DNA from: an uncultured Pelagibacteraceae bacterium
Lineage (GTDB): Bacteria; Pseudomonadota; Alphaproteobacteria; Pelagibacterales; Pelagibacteraceae
DNA: 64,000 bases
NCBI GenBank assembly: GCA_902590465.1
Contig: CACIWX010000002.1
Span: 20,489 to 84,488, forward strand
Reading direction: 5' to 3'
The translations under genes were made by a program, and so were the position numbers. Under the pieces are notes generated by a model that saw only the letters and a program-made list of their open reading frames with translations, searched no databases and had not been told where the DNA came from. Positions 29,907-40,200 of the stretch are shown here, in pieces. Position 1 is the stretch's first letter, and the number at the start of each line of letters is the position of its first letter.

Positions 29907-30550
29907 TATTTTTTCTTTTTCTTTTTATAGTTTTTAATTTCTATCTGAGTAGCTCGTGTTAGAGCTAATGATTTTTTTTTCACATTTTTTGTGATTACCG
30001 AACCAGCACCCACAACACTATTTGTATCTATTTTGATTGGAGCTATTAATGAGGAATTCGAGCCTATAAAAACATTATCTGAAATTTTTGTTTTGGATTT
30101 TTTAAATCCATCGTAATTACATGTAATAGTTCCAGCACCAATATTTGAGTTTTTTCCAATTTCTGAATCTCCGATATAAGAAAGATGATTTACCTTTGAA
30201 TTTTGGTCGATGGTTGATTTTTTTGTTTCTACAAAATTTCCTATTTTAGTATTATCTTTTAAAATTGTTCCGGGACGTAATCTAGCATAAGGGCCAACTG
30301 TAACATTTTTTCCGATTTTTACGCCATCTAGATGGCTAAAAGATTTAATTTGACAATTGTCATTAATTTTTACTTTCGTTCCAAATACAACATAAGGTTC
30401 TACAGTTATGTTCTTTCCAAATATTGTATCCTTAGACAAAAAAATTGTTTCAGGTGCGATTAAATTGACACCCTTAGAAATAGCTTTGTTTCTTAGAAGT
30501 TCTTGAACTCTTCTATATGATTTAATTTTATTTTTTATTTTAACTTTCAT
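29906..30550 (-). CDS. glmU: GlmU acetyltransferase (LbH) domain only
   Basis: [33 protein letters not shown]; no N-terminal uridyltransferase domain; directly upstream of glmS. Confidence 0.85.
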   Translation of the reverse strand: MKVKIKNKIKSYRRVQELLRNKAISKGVNLIAPETIFLSKDTIFGKNITVEPYVVFGTKVKINDNCQIKSFSHLDGVKIGKNVTVGPYARLRPGTILKDNTKIGNFVETKKSTIDQNSKVNHLSYIGDSEIGKNSNIGAGTITCNYDGFKKSKTKISDNVFIGSNSSLIAPIKIDTNSVVGAGSVITKNVKKKSLALTRATQIEIKNYKKKKKK

Positions 30551-30634
30551 AAAAAAACTGTATTTATAATATCTAGAGTGGTAAAATAATTCACAAATTA
30601 TTACTTTTTAATACTTCTCTAAATAGAAAATTTA

Positions 30635-32665
30635 ATGCGAAAAAGAATTCTTAAAGCTTTCTCAATCATATTCATTTGTATTGTTTCATACATTTTTTTT
30701 GAAATGACATCAATTTCAACAAAAATAGTCAACAGAGACGTATTATCGTTTAATTTAAATAATATTAGAAATCCTCAAGTAAAAAAAATAATGCGATTTT
30801 TGGATAACCATTATGCCTCTTTTTTATTGTTAATAAGTAAAGATGCAAAATCTTACTATTCCAACGACGACGAAAGAGATAAACTACCAGAGTTTAAAGT
30901 AATAAAAAAAACTGAAAATTTTTCTCGGCATTTATACCCTTTAAAAAATAATGGAGATAGCTGGCATAGAAATCATGCTGGACATTCATCTAACAGATTT
31001 TCAAGTCTAAAAAAAATCAATAAAAATAATTTAGATAAATTAACCGTAGCATGGGAATATAAAATTGATAAAGAAAGCATCTATGATATCCAATCAAATG
31101 TAATTGTTGCTGAGAATAAAATCATTATTCCTAGTTATAATAAAAAAATTATTTGTTTAGATGCAAAATCAGGAAAACTTTTATGGGATTATCCGTTAAA
31201 GGATGGATCTCCACGAAGGGGGATGGTATTTTCAAGTAATAAAGAAAACGGTTCTTCAAAAATATTTTTTCCATCTTATAAAAATTTAATTTCATTAAAT
31301 GTGGCTAATGGAAAATTAAATAAAAATTTTGGTAAGAATGGGGTTGTAAAATTATCAAGACCATCTCTAACGTCTCCGGCTTTATTCAAAGATAATTTGA
31401 TCATTACAACATCTGAACCGTCAGTAAATATTTATAATGTCAATACTGGAAAACTTTTATGGAAATTTCTTTTAATGAAAAAAAATTCAAATAATAGAAA
31501 TGGAGGTAAAAGGCATGATTATTCTGGAGGTAATCCTTGGGGTGGCTTTTCATTAGATGAAGAAAGAGGAATTGCCTATATCACAACTGGAAATGCAGGG
31601 AGATATTTTAATGGAGTGAATAGACCTGGAAAAAATCAATTTGCAAATTCAATTATAGCTTTAGATTTGGTAAACAAAAAAAAGATTTGGGATTTTCAAG
31701 AGGTAAGACACGATATTTGGAATTTAGATATACCAGCCCCTCCAATATTAGGTTCAATAACTAAAAATAAAAAAAAAATTGATGTTGTAATTGCTTTAAC
31801 CAAACTCGGAAATACAATTGTGCTTGATAGAGAGTCAGGAAAACCTATTTTTGATTTTCATTTAAAAAAAGCTCCTAGATCAAAACTTCCTGGTGAAAAA
31901 ACAAATTTTTACCAACCTAAATTAAAATTGCCAGAACCATTTGCTAAGCAAGAGTTTAACATGAATGAGATCACTAATATTAATGAGGAAAGTAAAAAAT
32001 ACATCATTGATAAAATTAAAGAATATAAATACGGATTTTTTGAACCCTATGAATTAGGAAAAAAAAATATTCAATTTAATTTTCATGGTGGTGCAGAATG
32101 GCCAGGAGGTTCATTCGACTTAGTATCTGAAACACTATATGTCACTTCATCAAATATTGCTTGGGAGGCCGAAGTGTTATTAAATAAAAAACAAGGAAAA
32201 TTTTCTCCAAATCCTTATTACAAATATAATAGCAGCTTTAAAAGATTAAAAGATCAGAATGGATATCCAGGATCAAAGCCTCCTTGGGGAACTATTACAG
32301 CAATCAATCTCAAGAATGGAAAAATAAAATGGCAAAAACCTTTTGGTGAATATAAGGAATTGAGTGAATTAGGTATTTCAGTAACAGGAACAGAAAATTA
32401 TAGCGGGGTAACTGGAACAGAAGCAGGAATTTTATTGGCAACTGGAACATTAGACAAAAAATTTAGAATTATAGACTCAGAAAATGGTGAAGAGTTATGG
32501 TCTTACGAATTACCTTATATTGGCTCTAGTCCTCCTATCACGTATCTTATTGATGGGGAACAATATATTTTGATAAATTCAACAGGAAGTTTTTCTCTTA
32601 AAAAAGGTTATCCTGATTTGGTAGAATTTGGCAATATAATAATTGCTTTTAAACTAGAAAAATGA
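30635..32665 (+). CDS. Membrane-anchored PQQ-dependent dehydrogenase (glucose/quinate/shikimate family)
   Basis: Trp-docking propeller repeats, RHDIWNLD, GGAEWPG, PPWG, SSPPITY..DGEQY. Confidence 0.85.
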   Translation: MRKRILKAFSIIFICIVSYIFFEMTSISTKIVNRDVLSFNLNNIRNPQVKKIMRFLDNHYASFLLLISKDAKSYYSNDDERDKLPEFKVIKKTENFSRHLYPLKNNGDSWHRNHAGHSSNRFSSLKKINKNNLDKLTVAWEYKIDKESIYDIQSNVIVAENKIIIPSYNKKIICLDAKSGKLLWDYPLKDGSPRRGMVFSSNKENGSSKIFFPSYKNLISLNVANGKLNKNFGKNGVVKLSRPSLTSPALFKDNLIITTSEPSVNIYNVNTGKLLWKFLLMKKNSNNRNGGKRHDYSGGNPWGGFSLDEERGIAYITTGNAGRYFNGVNRPGKNQFANSIIALDLVNKKKIWDFQEVRHDIWNLDIPAPPILGSITKNKKKIDVVIALTKLGNTIVLDRESGKPIFDFHLKKAPRSKLPGEKTNFYQPKLKLPEPFAKQEFNMNEITNINEESKKYIIDKIKEYKYGFFEPYELGKKNIQFNFHGGAEWPGGSFDLVSETLYVTSSNIAWEAEVLLNKKQGKFSPNPYYKYNSSFKRLKDQNGYPGSKPPWGTITAINLKNGKIKWQKPFGEYKELSELGISVTGTENYSGVTGTEAGILLATGTLDKKFRIIDSENGEELWSYELPYIGSSPPITYLIDGEQYILINSTGSFSLKKGYPDLVEFGNIIIAFKLEK

Positions 32666-33324
32666 AACAAATTTTTACAATTCTTTTTGATTTAGACGGG
32701 ACAATTGTGAACACCGCTCCTGATTTAATGGCAGCACATAATCATGTTATGAAAAAATTTGGATACGCTGAAAAAAAATTAGCAGATATTAAATCTTTAG
32801 CAGGCAAAGGTGCGTGGGTAATGATGCAAAGATCTTTTAAAGAAGAAATTAAAGATGAAAAAATTAAGAATAAAATGACCAAAGAATTCTTAGATTTTTA
32901 TGCAAAAAATATTGATCAGCACAGTCAGCCATTAAAAGGATCAATTGAGTTTTTTAATTGGGCGAAAGATAAAAAAATTTCAATGGGTGTGTGCACAAAT
33001 AAACAAGAAAGATTAGCAATTGATCTTTTGAAGAAATTAGATATTTACAAATACTTTGAATTCGTTGCTGGTTGTGACACCTTTTCCTTCAATAAACCTG
33101 ATCCTCGACATTTAACCGAAGTAGTTGAAATCGTTGGCGGTGATTTTAAAAAAACAATTATGGTTGGAGATAGTGAAGTTGATGCCAATTCAGCTCATAA
33201 TGCTAATTTACCATTTGTATTAGTGAAAGATGGATATACAGAAAAATCCGAAAAAGAAATTAAGCATGATGAGTTAATAAGTGATTTCATTGGGTTTGAT
33301 AAAGTTATAGAGAAATATTTATGA
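32662..33324 (+). CDS. gph: Phosphoglycolate phosphatase (HAD)
   Basis: FDLDGT, TNK, KPDP, MVGDS..D. Confidence 0.8.
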   Translation: MKQIFTILFDLDGTIVNTAPDLMAAHNHVMKKFGYAEKKLADIKSLAGKGAWVMMQRSFKEEIKDEKIKNKMTKEFLDFYAKNIDQHSQPLKGSIEFFNWAKDKKISMGVCTNKQERLAIDLLKKLDIYKYFEFVAGCDTFSFNKPDPRHLTEVVEIVGGDFKKTIMVGDSEVDANSAHNANLPFVLVKDGYTEKSEKEIKHDELISDFIGFDKVIEKYL

Positions 33325-33920
33325 TAACTTTTGCTTTGTTCTCAGCATTATCAGCTTTTTATTTTACAATGTTTTTCACGCCTGGTCCTAATAATGCGAT
33401 GCTTACTGCTTCGGGCATGAAGTTTGGTTTTGTTAGAACTTTGCCTCACTTGATAGGAATTCCTTTAGGCCATATTTTACAAATAGGTTTAACTTGTTTT
33501 GGTTTAGCAAATTTATTTTTGCTTTATCCTCAAATTCAATTTTATATGAAAATTTTATGTTTTGTTTATTTAGTTTATTTAGGGTGGAAAATGATTGGTT
33601 CATTTAGCATTGTTCAAAAAGAGACGGGTAGACCATTAAGATTTTATGAAGCTTCTTTATTTCAATTTATAAACCCAAAAGCTTGGTCTATCGCTGTAAC
33701 AGTAGCTTCTGGTTTTTTTCCAACTCAAGAAAATATTTTTATTGGAGTTGCATTCGTAACAATTACAGCCGCAGTAATTTGCTTTCCAACAATCAGTTTA
33801 TGGGCGCTTTTTGGAAGTGGTTTAAGAAGATTTATAACTGATGTAAAAATAAAAAAAATTATTGAATATTTGTTAGCAGTTTTATTGGTTTTAACTGGTT
33901 TATTTATACTTCTTAAATAA
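33321..33920 (+). CDS. LysE family translocator
   Basis: TPGPNN, FQFINPKAW. Confidence 0.9.
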   Translation: MITFALFSALSAFYFTMFFTPGPNNAMLTASGMKFGFVRTLPHLIGIPLGHILQIGLTCFGLANLFLLYPQIQFYMKILCFVYLVYLGWKMIGSFSIVQKETGRPLRFYEASLFQFINPKAWSIAVTVASGFFPTQENIFIGVAFVTITAAVICFPTISLWALFGSGLRRFITDVKIKKIIEYLLAVLLVLTGLFILLK

Positions 33921-33960
33921 TCTTTGATTTTTATACCCTGCTCTAATATAAATTCTTCGA

Positions 33961-34857
33961 ATGCATTTTACTAAAAAAACAGTTTCGGAAAAACGTTCGG
34001 ATTTAATTAAGACTTTAAAATCAAAAAAATTATTAAGATTCCCCGGAGCATACAATCCCCTATGTGCAAAACTAATTGCAGAAATAGGATTCGACGGTGT
34101 TTACGTTTCTGGTGGAGTTATGTCTAATGATCTTGGTTTGCCTGATATTGGATTAACAACTGTAGATCAAGTAAGTTATCGAAGTGGCCAAATAGCAAGA
34201 GTCACTGATCTACCAACTATTGTTGATATTGATACAGGTTTTGGAGATTGTAAGAAAACAATTGAGGTGTTTGAAAATAAAGGATTGGCCGGATGTCATT
34301 TAGAAGATCAAATAGCTGAAAAAAGATGTGGCCATCTAGATAATAAAGAGCTTGTTTCAAAAGAAGAAATGGTAAAAAAAATTAAAGAGTCAGTGCAAGC
34401 TAGAAAAGATAAAAATTTCCTAATTATCGCAAGAACGGATGCTAATTCTGTTGAGGGACTAGATAAAACATTAGAGAGAATTAAAGCTTATGAAGAAGCG
34501 GGCGCAGATATGATTTTTCCAGAGGCTATGAAAGACGAAAGTGAATTTGAAAAAGTGAGAAAAACAGCAAAAGGATATTTGTTGGCTAACATGACAGAAT
34601 TTGGAAAATCTAAATTATTGGATAAAAAACAATTAGAAAGTTTAGGTTACAACTTAGTAATCTATCCAGTAAGCACACAAAGACTAGCAATGCAAAATGT
34701 GGAAATAGGTTTAAAATCAATATTTAATGATGGCCATCAAAACAATATTATTGACAAAATGCAGACTAGAAAAAGGTTGTACGAGTTAGTAGAATATGAG
34801 AAATACAATACACCAGATAAGAAAATCACAGATTTTTCTACAGAGGGACATGAATAA
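33961..34857 (+). CDS. prpB: 2-methylisocitrate lyase
   Basis: SGG, LPDIG, DIDTGFG, KRCGHL, ANMTEFGK. Confidence 0.93.
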   Translation: MHFTKKTVSEKRSDLIKTLKSKKLLRFPGAYNPLCAKLIAEIGFDGVYVSGGVMSNDLGLPDIGLTTVDQVSYRSGQIARVTDLPTIVDIDTGFGDCKKTIEVFENKGLAGCHLEDQIAEKRCGHLDNKELVSKEEMVKKIKESVQARKDKNFLIIARTDANSVEGLDKTLERIKAYEEAGADMIFPEAMKDESEFEKVRKTAKGYLLANMTEFGKSKLLDKKQLESLGYNLVIYPVSTQRLAMQNVEIGLKSIFNDGHQNNIIDKMQTRKRLYELVEYEKYNTPDKKITDFSTEGHE

Positions 34858-35981
34858 TGAGTGAAGAAATTAAAAAAGGATTGCTTGGTATAGTTGTTGA
34901 CGAAACAACAATATCTCATGTAGTGCCGGAGTTAAGTGCGCTTACATATAGAGGATACACGGTTCAAGAACTTTGTGATAAATGTGATTTTGAAGAAGTT
35001 GCTTATCTTGTTCTTAATGGTGAACTTCCAAATAAAAATCAGCTAAAAAAATTTATTAAACAAGAAAGATCTGAGAGAAAACTTTCAAAACAAATATTAA
35101 GCGACATTAAAAAAATGCCAAAAAATGCACATCCGATGGATGTGATAAGAACATGCGTGAGTTTGATGGCGTTAGAAGATAAAGATACTAAAGATAATTC
35201 TCCTAAAGCAAATATGAGGAAAGCAATGAGAATTTTTGCTAAAACTCCTACTGCAGTTGCTGCTTATTTTAGATCCAGAAAAGGCAAAAGCATAATCTCT
35301 CCTAGTAAAAATTTATCATTCTCAGAAAACTTCTTTAAGATGATGTTTAATAAAGTGCCAGATAAAGAAATTGTAAGAGCTTTTGATATATCTTTAATTT
35401 TATATGCTGAACATAGTTTTAACGTTTCTACTTTTACTGCCAGAACAATTACCTCAAGTTTATCAGATTTACATGGTGCAATTACTGGAGCTATTGCTTC
35501 TTTAAAAGGACCATTACACGGCGGAGCAAATGAAGCAGTAATGCATATGATGAAGGAAATAGGTAAGCCAGAAAAGGCAAAAGCTTGGATTGAAAATGCA
35601 TTAAATAAAAAGAAAGTGATAATGGGATTTGGTCATAGAGTTTATAGAACAGGAGACTCTAGAGTGCCTACAATGAAACATTACATGTTTAAAGTAGCTA
35701 AACTTTTAAAAAAAGAAAAATATACAAGAATGTATGAAATTTTAGAGAAGATTATGTTGGAAAAAAAGAATATCCATCCAAATGTAGACTTTCCATGTGG
35801 TCCTACATATTACATGATGGGAATAGATATTGATTTCTACACACCGATATTTGTAATGTCTAGAATTACAGGTTGGTCAGCACACATCATGGAGCAACAT
35901 GCTTCTAATAAGTTAATAAGACCTTTGTCTAAATACAGAGGTGCTGAGGTAAGAGAAGTAATGTTGTTGAATCAAAGATAA
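34857..35981 (+). CDS. prpC: 2-methylcitrate/citrate synthase
   Basis: YAEHSFNVSTF, GPLHGGANE, GFGHRVY, PNVDF; follows prpB. Confidence 0.88.
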   Translation: MSEEIKKGLLGIVVDETTISHVVPELSALTYRGYTVQELCDKCDFEEVAYLVLNGELPNKNQLKKFIKQERSERKLSKQILSDIKKMPKNAHPMDVIRTCVSLMALEDKDTKDNSPKANMRKAMRIFAKTPTAVAAYFRSRKGKSIISPSKNLSFSENFFKMMFNKVPDKEIVRAFDISLILYAEHSFNVSTFTARTITSSLSDLHGAITGAIASLKGPLHGGANEAVMHMMKEIGKPEKAKAWIENALNKKKVIMGFGHRVYRTGDSRVPTMKHYMFKVAKLLKKEKYTRMYEILEKIMLEKKNIHPNVDFPCGPTYYMMGIDIDFYTPIFVMSRITGWSAHIMEQHASNKLIRPLSKYRGAEVREVMLLNQR

Positions 35982-36167
35982 ATGACTTTAACAAATTTAC
36001 TTTTACTTTTAATTTTAGTTACACTGACTACATACACTTTTATGCCTTGGAAAGGTATAGATAAAGGTTCTTTGATCAAAGTAGCTTCTCAATGGTTAAT
36101 GTGGTTTGTTATATTTGTTGTCATAGTATTTTTATCTTCTTTTTTTGGAATTGAAGTTTCTGGATAA
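35982..36167 (+). CDS. Small membrane protein
   Basis: 61 aa, two TM segments; starts immediately after prpC stop. Confidence 0.6.
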   Translation: MTLTNLLLLLILVTLTTYTFMPWKGIDKGSLIKVASQWLMWFVIFVVIVFLSSFFGIEVSG

Positions 36168-37053
36168 TAATTTTTTTCATAAAACGAGAATTTTAGATGG
36201 TGGTATGGGCCAGGAGCTACTTAGCCGAGGCGTGAAACCTCACGGAACTTTATGGGGGGCCTCAGCTTTATACAATAGCAAATACCATAAGACAGTCGTC
36301 AAAACTCATTTAGATTTTATTAAAGCAGGAGCAGAAATAATTGTAACTAATAGCTTCGGTAGCAGAAAACGAAGACTTATCGAAAATGGTTTAGTAAAAG
36401 AATATAAAAACTTGAACGTTCTAGCAGGGAAATTAGCTAAAAAAGCCGTGGCCAAGTCTAAGAAAAAAGTTTTGATTGCTGGAAGTCTACCACCTCAAAA
36501 TTTTACTTATTTTGCTGATCTTGGAAAAGATCTTAAGTTTATAAAAGAAAGTTTTAGATCCCAGGCAAAATATCTCAATCCATATGTGGATTTCTTTTAT
36601 TTAGATGTAATGAGTAGCTGGAAAGAGTGTTCATTAGGTTTGAGTGCAATTAAAAAATTTAAGAAAAAAATTTTAGTCGGTATCCATATTAGGAGCAAAG
36701 GATTATTACCATCGGGTGAAAAATTTATAAATGTTGCAAAAAAAGTTCAAAAACATAAACCTATTGGAATTATGGCCTCTTGTGTTTCTTTTGAGGATTT
36801 AAATGAAGTGATGAAAGACTCGAAAAAACTTAAAGTTCCATTTGGATTTAAAATCAATGCTTTTGAACATATTCCGCCAGGATGGAAACCTGACTCGAAT
36901 AATCCTAAGGTTCAGCTCGGAAAAAGAAAAGATCTCACTCCCAAAAAGTTCTTTGAAATTTGTAAAAAATTAAAGAACAAGGGAGCAAAGATTATAGGAG
37001 GATGTTGTGAAATTACTCCAAAACATATTGAGAAATTAAAGTCTTTAGTGTGA
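36145..37053 (+). CDS. Homocysteine S-methyltransferase family protein
   Basis: ILDGGMGQEL, H.DFIKAGA, IAGSLPP, Cys in ASC, GGCC. Confidence 0.88.
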   Translation: MELKFLDNNFFHKTRILDGGMGQELLSRGVKPHGTLWGASALYNSKYHKTVVKTHLDFIKAGAEIIVTNSFGSRKRRLIENGLVKEYKNLNVLAGKLAKKAVAKSKKKVLIAGSLPPQNFTYFADLGKDLKFIKESFRSQAKYLNPYVDFFYLDVMSSWKECSLGLSAIKKFKKKILVGIHIRSKGLLPSGEKFINVAKKVQKHKPIGIMASCVSFEDLNEVMKDSKKLKVPFGFKINAFEHIPPGWKPDSNNPKVQLGKRKDLTPKKFFEICKKLKNKGAKIIGGCCEITPKHIEKLKSLV

Positions 37054-37896
37054 TTTAATAATTTTTTGTGTAATTCTATCTAAAATAATTGCTAGAATTA
37101 CAATTCCTGTTCCGCCAATAACAGCTGAACCAACATCTAATCTACCTAAGGCAATATAAACTGTTAAACCTAACCCTCCAGCTCCAATTAAAGCAGCAAT
37201 AACAACCATTGATAATGCGAGCATTAAAGTTTGATTTACCCCAGCCATTATAGTTTTAAGAGATAAAGGTATTTCAATTTTTATAAGTATTAAAAACTTT
37301 GTTAATCCTAAACTTGAACCAGCTTCTTTGAAGCCTTTACCGACTTGTCTAATACCTAAATTGGTTAGACGAATAATTGGTGGAAGAGCAAATATAATTG
37401 TTGCTACAACACCTGGTGTTAACCCTACTCCAAAAAGCATGACTACAGGTATTAAATAAACAAAACTTGGTATAGTTTGCATAATATCCAATACAGGACG
37501 CAAAATAATTTCAAAAGTATTGCTTCTAGAAGCCAGAATTCCTAAAGGAATACCAATTAACATACAAAATAAAACTGCAGTAAATATCATAGCTAACGTA
37601 GTCATGCTCTCAGACCAAAGGTCAACTAGATCTATAAAAACTAAACTAACAAAAGAAAAGATTGCAAACTTTAAACCGTTAGTCCTATAAGCAAAAAAAA
37701 CAAATATTAAAAGAATTATTGGAAAAGGAATAAAATTAAAAAGCGAGTCTAAACTATTAAGAACTGTGTCTATTGGTGCTGAAATCTTTTTAAAGAGTGG
37801 CCTTTGTTCGAATAGCCACTCTTTAATATTTCCTTCTATCCATTCACCAATAGGAATGTATATTTCATAATCGGAAGGGGCTAATTTTAAACTCAT
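37045..37896 (-). CDS. proW: Glycine betaine/proline ABC permease
   Basis: LDIMQTIPSFVYLIP, RLTNLGIRQV, GVNQT.M.ALSMVVIA. Confidence 0.92.
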   Translation of the reverse strand: MSLKLAPSDYEIYIPIGEWIEGNIKEWLFEQRPLFKKISAPIDTVLNSLDSLFNFIPFPIILLIFVFFAYRTNGLKFAIFSFVSLVFIDLVDLWSESMTTLAMIFTAVLFCMLIGIPLGILASRSNTFEIILRPVLDIMQTIPSFVYLIPVVMLFGVGLTPGVVATIIFALPPIIRLTNLGIRQVGKGFKEAGSSLGLTKFLILIKIEIPLSLKTIMAGVNQTLMLALSMVVIAALIGAGGLGLTVYIALGRLDVGSAVIGGTGIVILAIILDRITQKIIKSH

Positions 37897-37914
37897 TAAA
37901 ATTAACCTTGATCC

Positions 37915-38856
37915 TTACTTGATCCAACTATCAAACGTACTTTGATTAGCTTTTATCCATTCAGCTGCGTGTTTCTTAATAGCCTTTTCGCTTTTCTCAC
38001 CCTTGTTCATTTTCAAGTTCTGAGCTGCAATATCTCCAAGAGGAATAGAAGCTTTTTTAAGCATCTTCTCTACTTTTGGATTTGCTTTAAGAAAATCTAC
38101 ATTTGCTGCTGGTCTTATATCATCAGCACCAAAACCTAAATTTACTTTAGACTTTGTCGCGTTAGCGATCTTAGTAGGTTTAGTTTTACTGTATGGAACT
38201 TCAATCCAAACTACATCTTTACCAAGTTTTAACGCACCAACAGTCCAGTTAGGTGTCCATGTATAAAATAGAATAGATTTTCCATTTTTGTATTTAGACA
38301 CTGCATCTGCCATTGAAGCCGAGTAGTCTGCTTTTACTGGATTGATAAAATCACCTAATCCAAGCTCGTCAAAATGTTTTGAGATAACTTTCTCACATCC
38401 CCAGCCTGGAGGGCAAGCAACCATGTCTGCTTTTCCGTCACCATTAGAGTCGAACTCTTTAGCGTGTTTTTTGATATCCATCACGCTCTTGATACCAAAT
38501 TTATCTGCAGATTTTTTATCGATTAAGTAACCTTGAGCTCCACCACCCTTCATTACGTAACCAACTGGTTTTACTTTACCTTTTGACTCAGAGATATAAC
38601 CATCATGTGTGCCAAACCAGCCGTTAACCCAAAGGTCAACGTCACCAGCAGTAGCTGCAACATAAAACACCTGTGGTTTCATCACTGTTGGGCCGGATAC
38701 TTTGTAACCCATTTTCTCTAAAGCTTGTTTATAGATCTCAGCCTGGAAATAGCCTGTATCCCAATCAGCTTTGCCCATTTTAATCTCATTAGCAGATACA
38801 ACACTACTAATAGATATGGCTGTAATTATAGATACTAAATATTTTAAATATTTCAT
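37915..38856 (-). CDS. proX: Glycine betaine/proline ABC substrate-binding protein
   Basis: Start MKYLKY at 38856 with AGGAGG SD; QGYLIDKK, CPPGWGC, YTWTPNW. Confidence 0.9.
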   Translation of the reverse strand: MKYLKYLVSIITAISISSVVSANEIKMGKADWDTGYFQAEIYKQALEKMGYKVSGPTVMKPQVFYVAATAGDVDLWVNGWFGTHDGYISESKGKVKPVGYVMKGGGAQGYLIDKKSADKFGIKSVMDIKKHAKEFDSNGDGKADMVACPPGWGCEKVISKHFDELGLGDFINPVKADYSASMADAVSKYKNGKSILFYTWTPNWTVGALKLGKDVVWIEVPYSKTKPTKIANATKSKVNLGFGADDIRPAANVDFLKANPKVEKMLKKASIPLGDIAAQNLKMNKGEKSEKAIKKHAAEWIKANQSTFDSWIK

Positions 38857-38979
38857 ATGTCCTCCTAATTTCTTCATTTTTTGTAACATGTATAGGTTGA
38901 GAATGTAACCGTAGTTCAACTAAAAAGTGAATTATGGAAGATATGCTTACGATTTGTAGAGATTAGCTTATTTTGTTTT

Positions 38980-39381
38980 TTATTTGCACTTTTTACACAA
39001 ACCAAAAAATTCTAAATTAAATCTTTTATACTTAGTTCCTTTTTTATCACTAAAACTTGTTAAGTATTTTGTAAGTTTAGCATCATTAATTTCATCAACC
39101 ATCTCACAACTTTCACAAATTGAAAATGCTGTAGCTTTTGAAATTTCACAATTTGAATTTCTACATGCAACGAAGGCATTTTTACTTTCAATTTTATGAA
39201 TTTTCCCCGTCTCAACTAATTTATCTAATGCTCGATAAACTTGAGGTGGAGCTTTAATTCCTTTCTTTTGGACACTAAAAAGTATTGTGTATGCTTTTAA
39301 GGGTTCTGAAGATTTATTAATTAAATCAAAAATGATTTGTTGATTTTTTGAAAGATTGTTTTCTTTGTACATTTTGTCCAT
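38980..39381 (-). CDS. zur: Zinc uptake regulator (Fur family)
   Basis: PPQVYRAL, H.IES.NAFVAC, CxxC..CxxC; downstream of znuB. Confidence 0.88.
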   Translation of the reverse strand: MDKMYKENNLSKNQQIIFDLINKSSEPLKAYTILFSVQKKGIKAPPQVYRALDKLVETGKIHKIESKNAFVACRNSNCEISKATAFSICESCEMVDEINDAKLTKYLTSFSDKKGTKYKRFNLEFFGLCKKCK

Positions 39382-39396
39382 TTTACTTGTTTATCA

Positions 39397-40200
39397 TTAA
39401 TTTTTCAATTTAATCGATTGCTTGATATTTAATAATGAAAGTATGAATAAAAATAAGGAAGCTGCTATAATTGATGGACCTGAAGACGTATTAAATTCTA
39501 GTGATGTAAACAAACCTAAAATTACTGACAATAAACCACCAAGTATTGAATAGACGACCATACTTTGTGGACTTGAAGAAATATTCCTAGCCATTGCTGC
39601 TGGTATAATTAACATTCCTGTAATTAACAGTAATCCAACCATTTTTATTGAAATGGCAATGATCCCGGCCATTAAAATAGTAAATATAGCTTTAGCTCTA
39701 TCAGGATTTAAACCTTCAGCCTCTGCTAGTTCATAATTTACTGTTGATGCAAATAAAGGTTTCCAAATAAATTTAAGAATAAGAAGAATTAATGGACCTC
39801 CTATCCAAATAATTAATAAATCATCCACTGTTACCGCAAGTATATCTCCAAATAATAATCCCATTATATCAAACCTAATGAATGTTAAGAAACCAATAAC
39901 TACTAGTCCGACTGCTAAAGATGAATGAGCTAAAAGTCCTAATAAAGCATCTCCCGGTAGATTAGTTCTTTTTTGAAGCTGAATTAAAATTAATGCAATT
40001 AAAGATGAAATAATAAATACTGAAAAAGCAATATTAAACTCTAAAGTATAAGCTAAGGTTACTCCAAGTAAAGCTGAGTGTGCAAGAGTATCACCGAAAT
40101 AAGATAGTCTTCTCCATATAACAAAACATCCGAGAGGGCCTGTTACAATTGCAATCCCAAGTCCAGCTATTAAAGCTCTTATAAAAAAATCATCTAACAT
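39397..40200 (-). CDS. znuB: Zinc ABC permease
   Basis: GPLGCFVIWRR..YFGDTLAH, LFGDILA. Confidence 0.92.
   Translation of the reverse strand: MLDDFFIRALIAGLGIAIVTGPLGCFVIWRRLSYFGDTLAHSALLGVTLAYTLEFNIAFSVFIISSLIALILIQLQKRTNLPGDALLGLLAHSSLAVGLVVIGFLTFIRFDIMGLLFGDILAVTVDDLLIIWIGGPLILLILKFIWKPLFASTVNYELAEAEGLNPDRAKAIFTILMAGIIAISIKMVGLLLITGMLIIPAAMARNISSSPQSMVVYSILGGLLSVILGLFTSLEFNTSSGPSIIAASLFLFILSLLNIKQSIKLKN

Noticed and set aside
38857-38979. Possible SAM-V-like riboswitch upstream of proX (GTTGAAC...TCAAC hairpin before the AGGAGG SD on the minus strand)
   Set aside because: I could not build the P1 stem or pseudoknot by eye; an Infernal/Rfam scan would be needed
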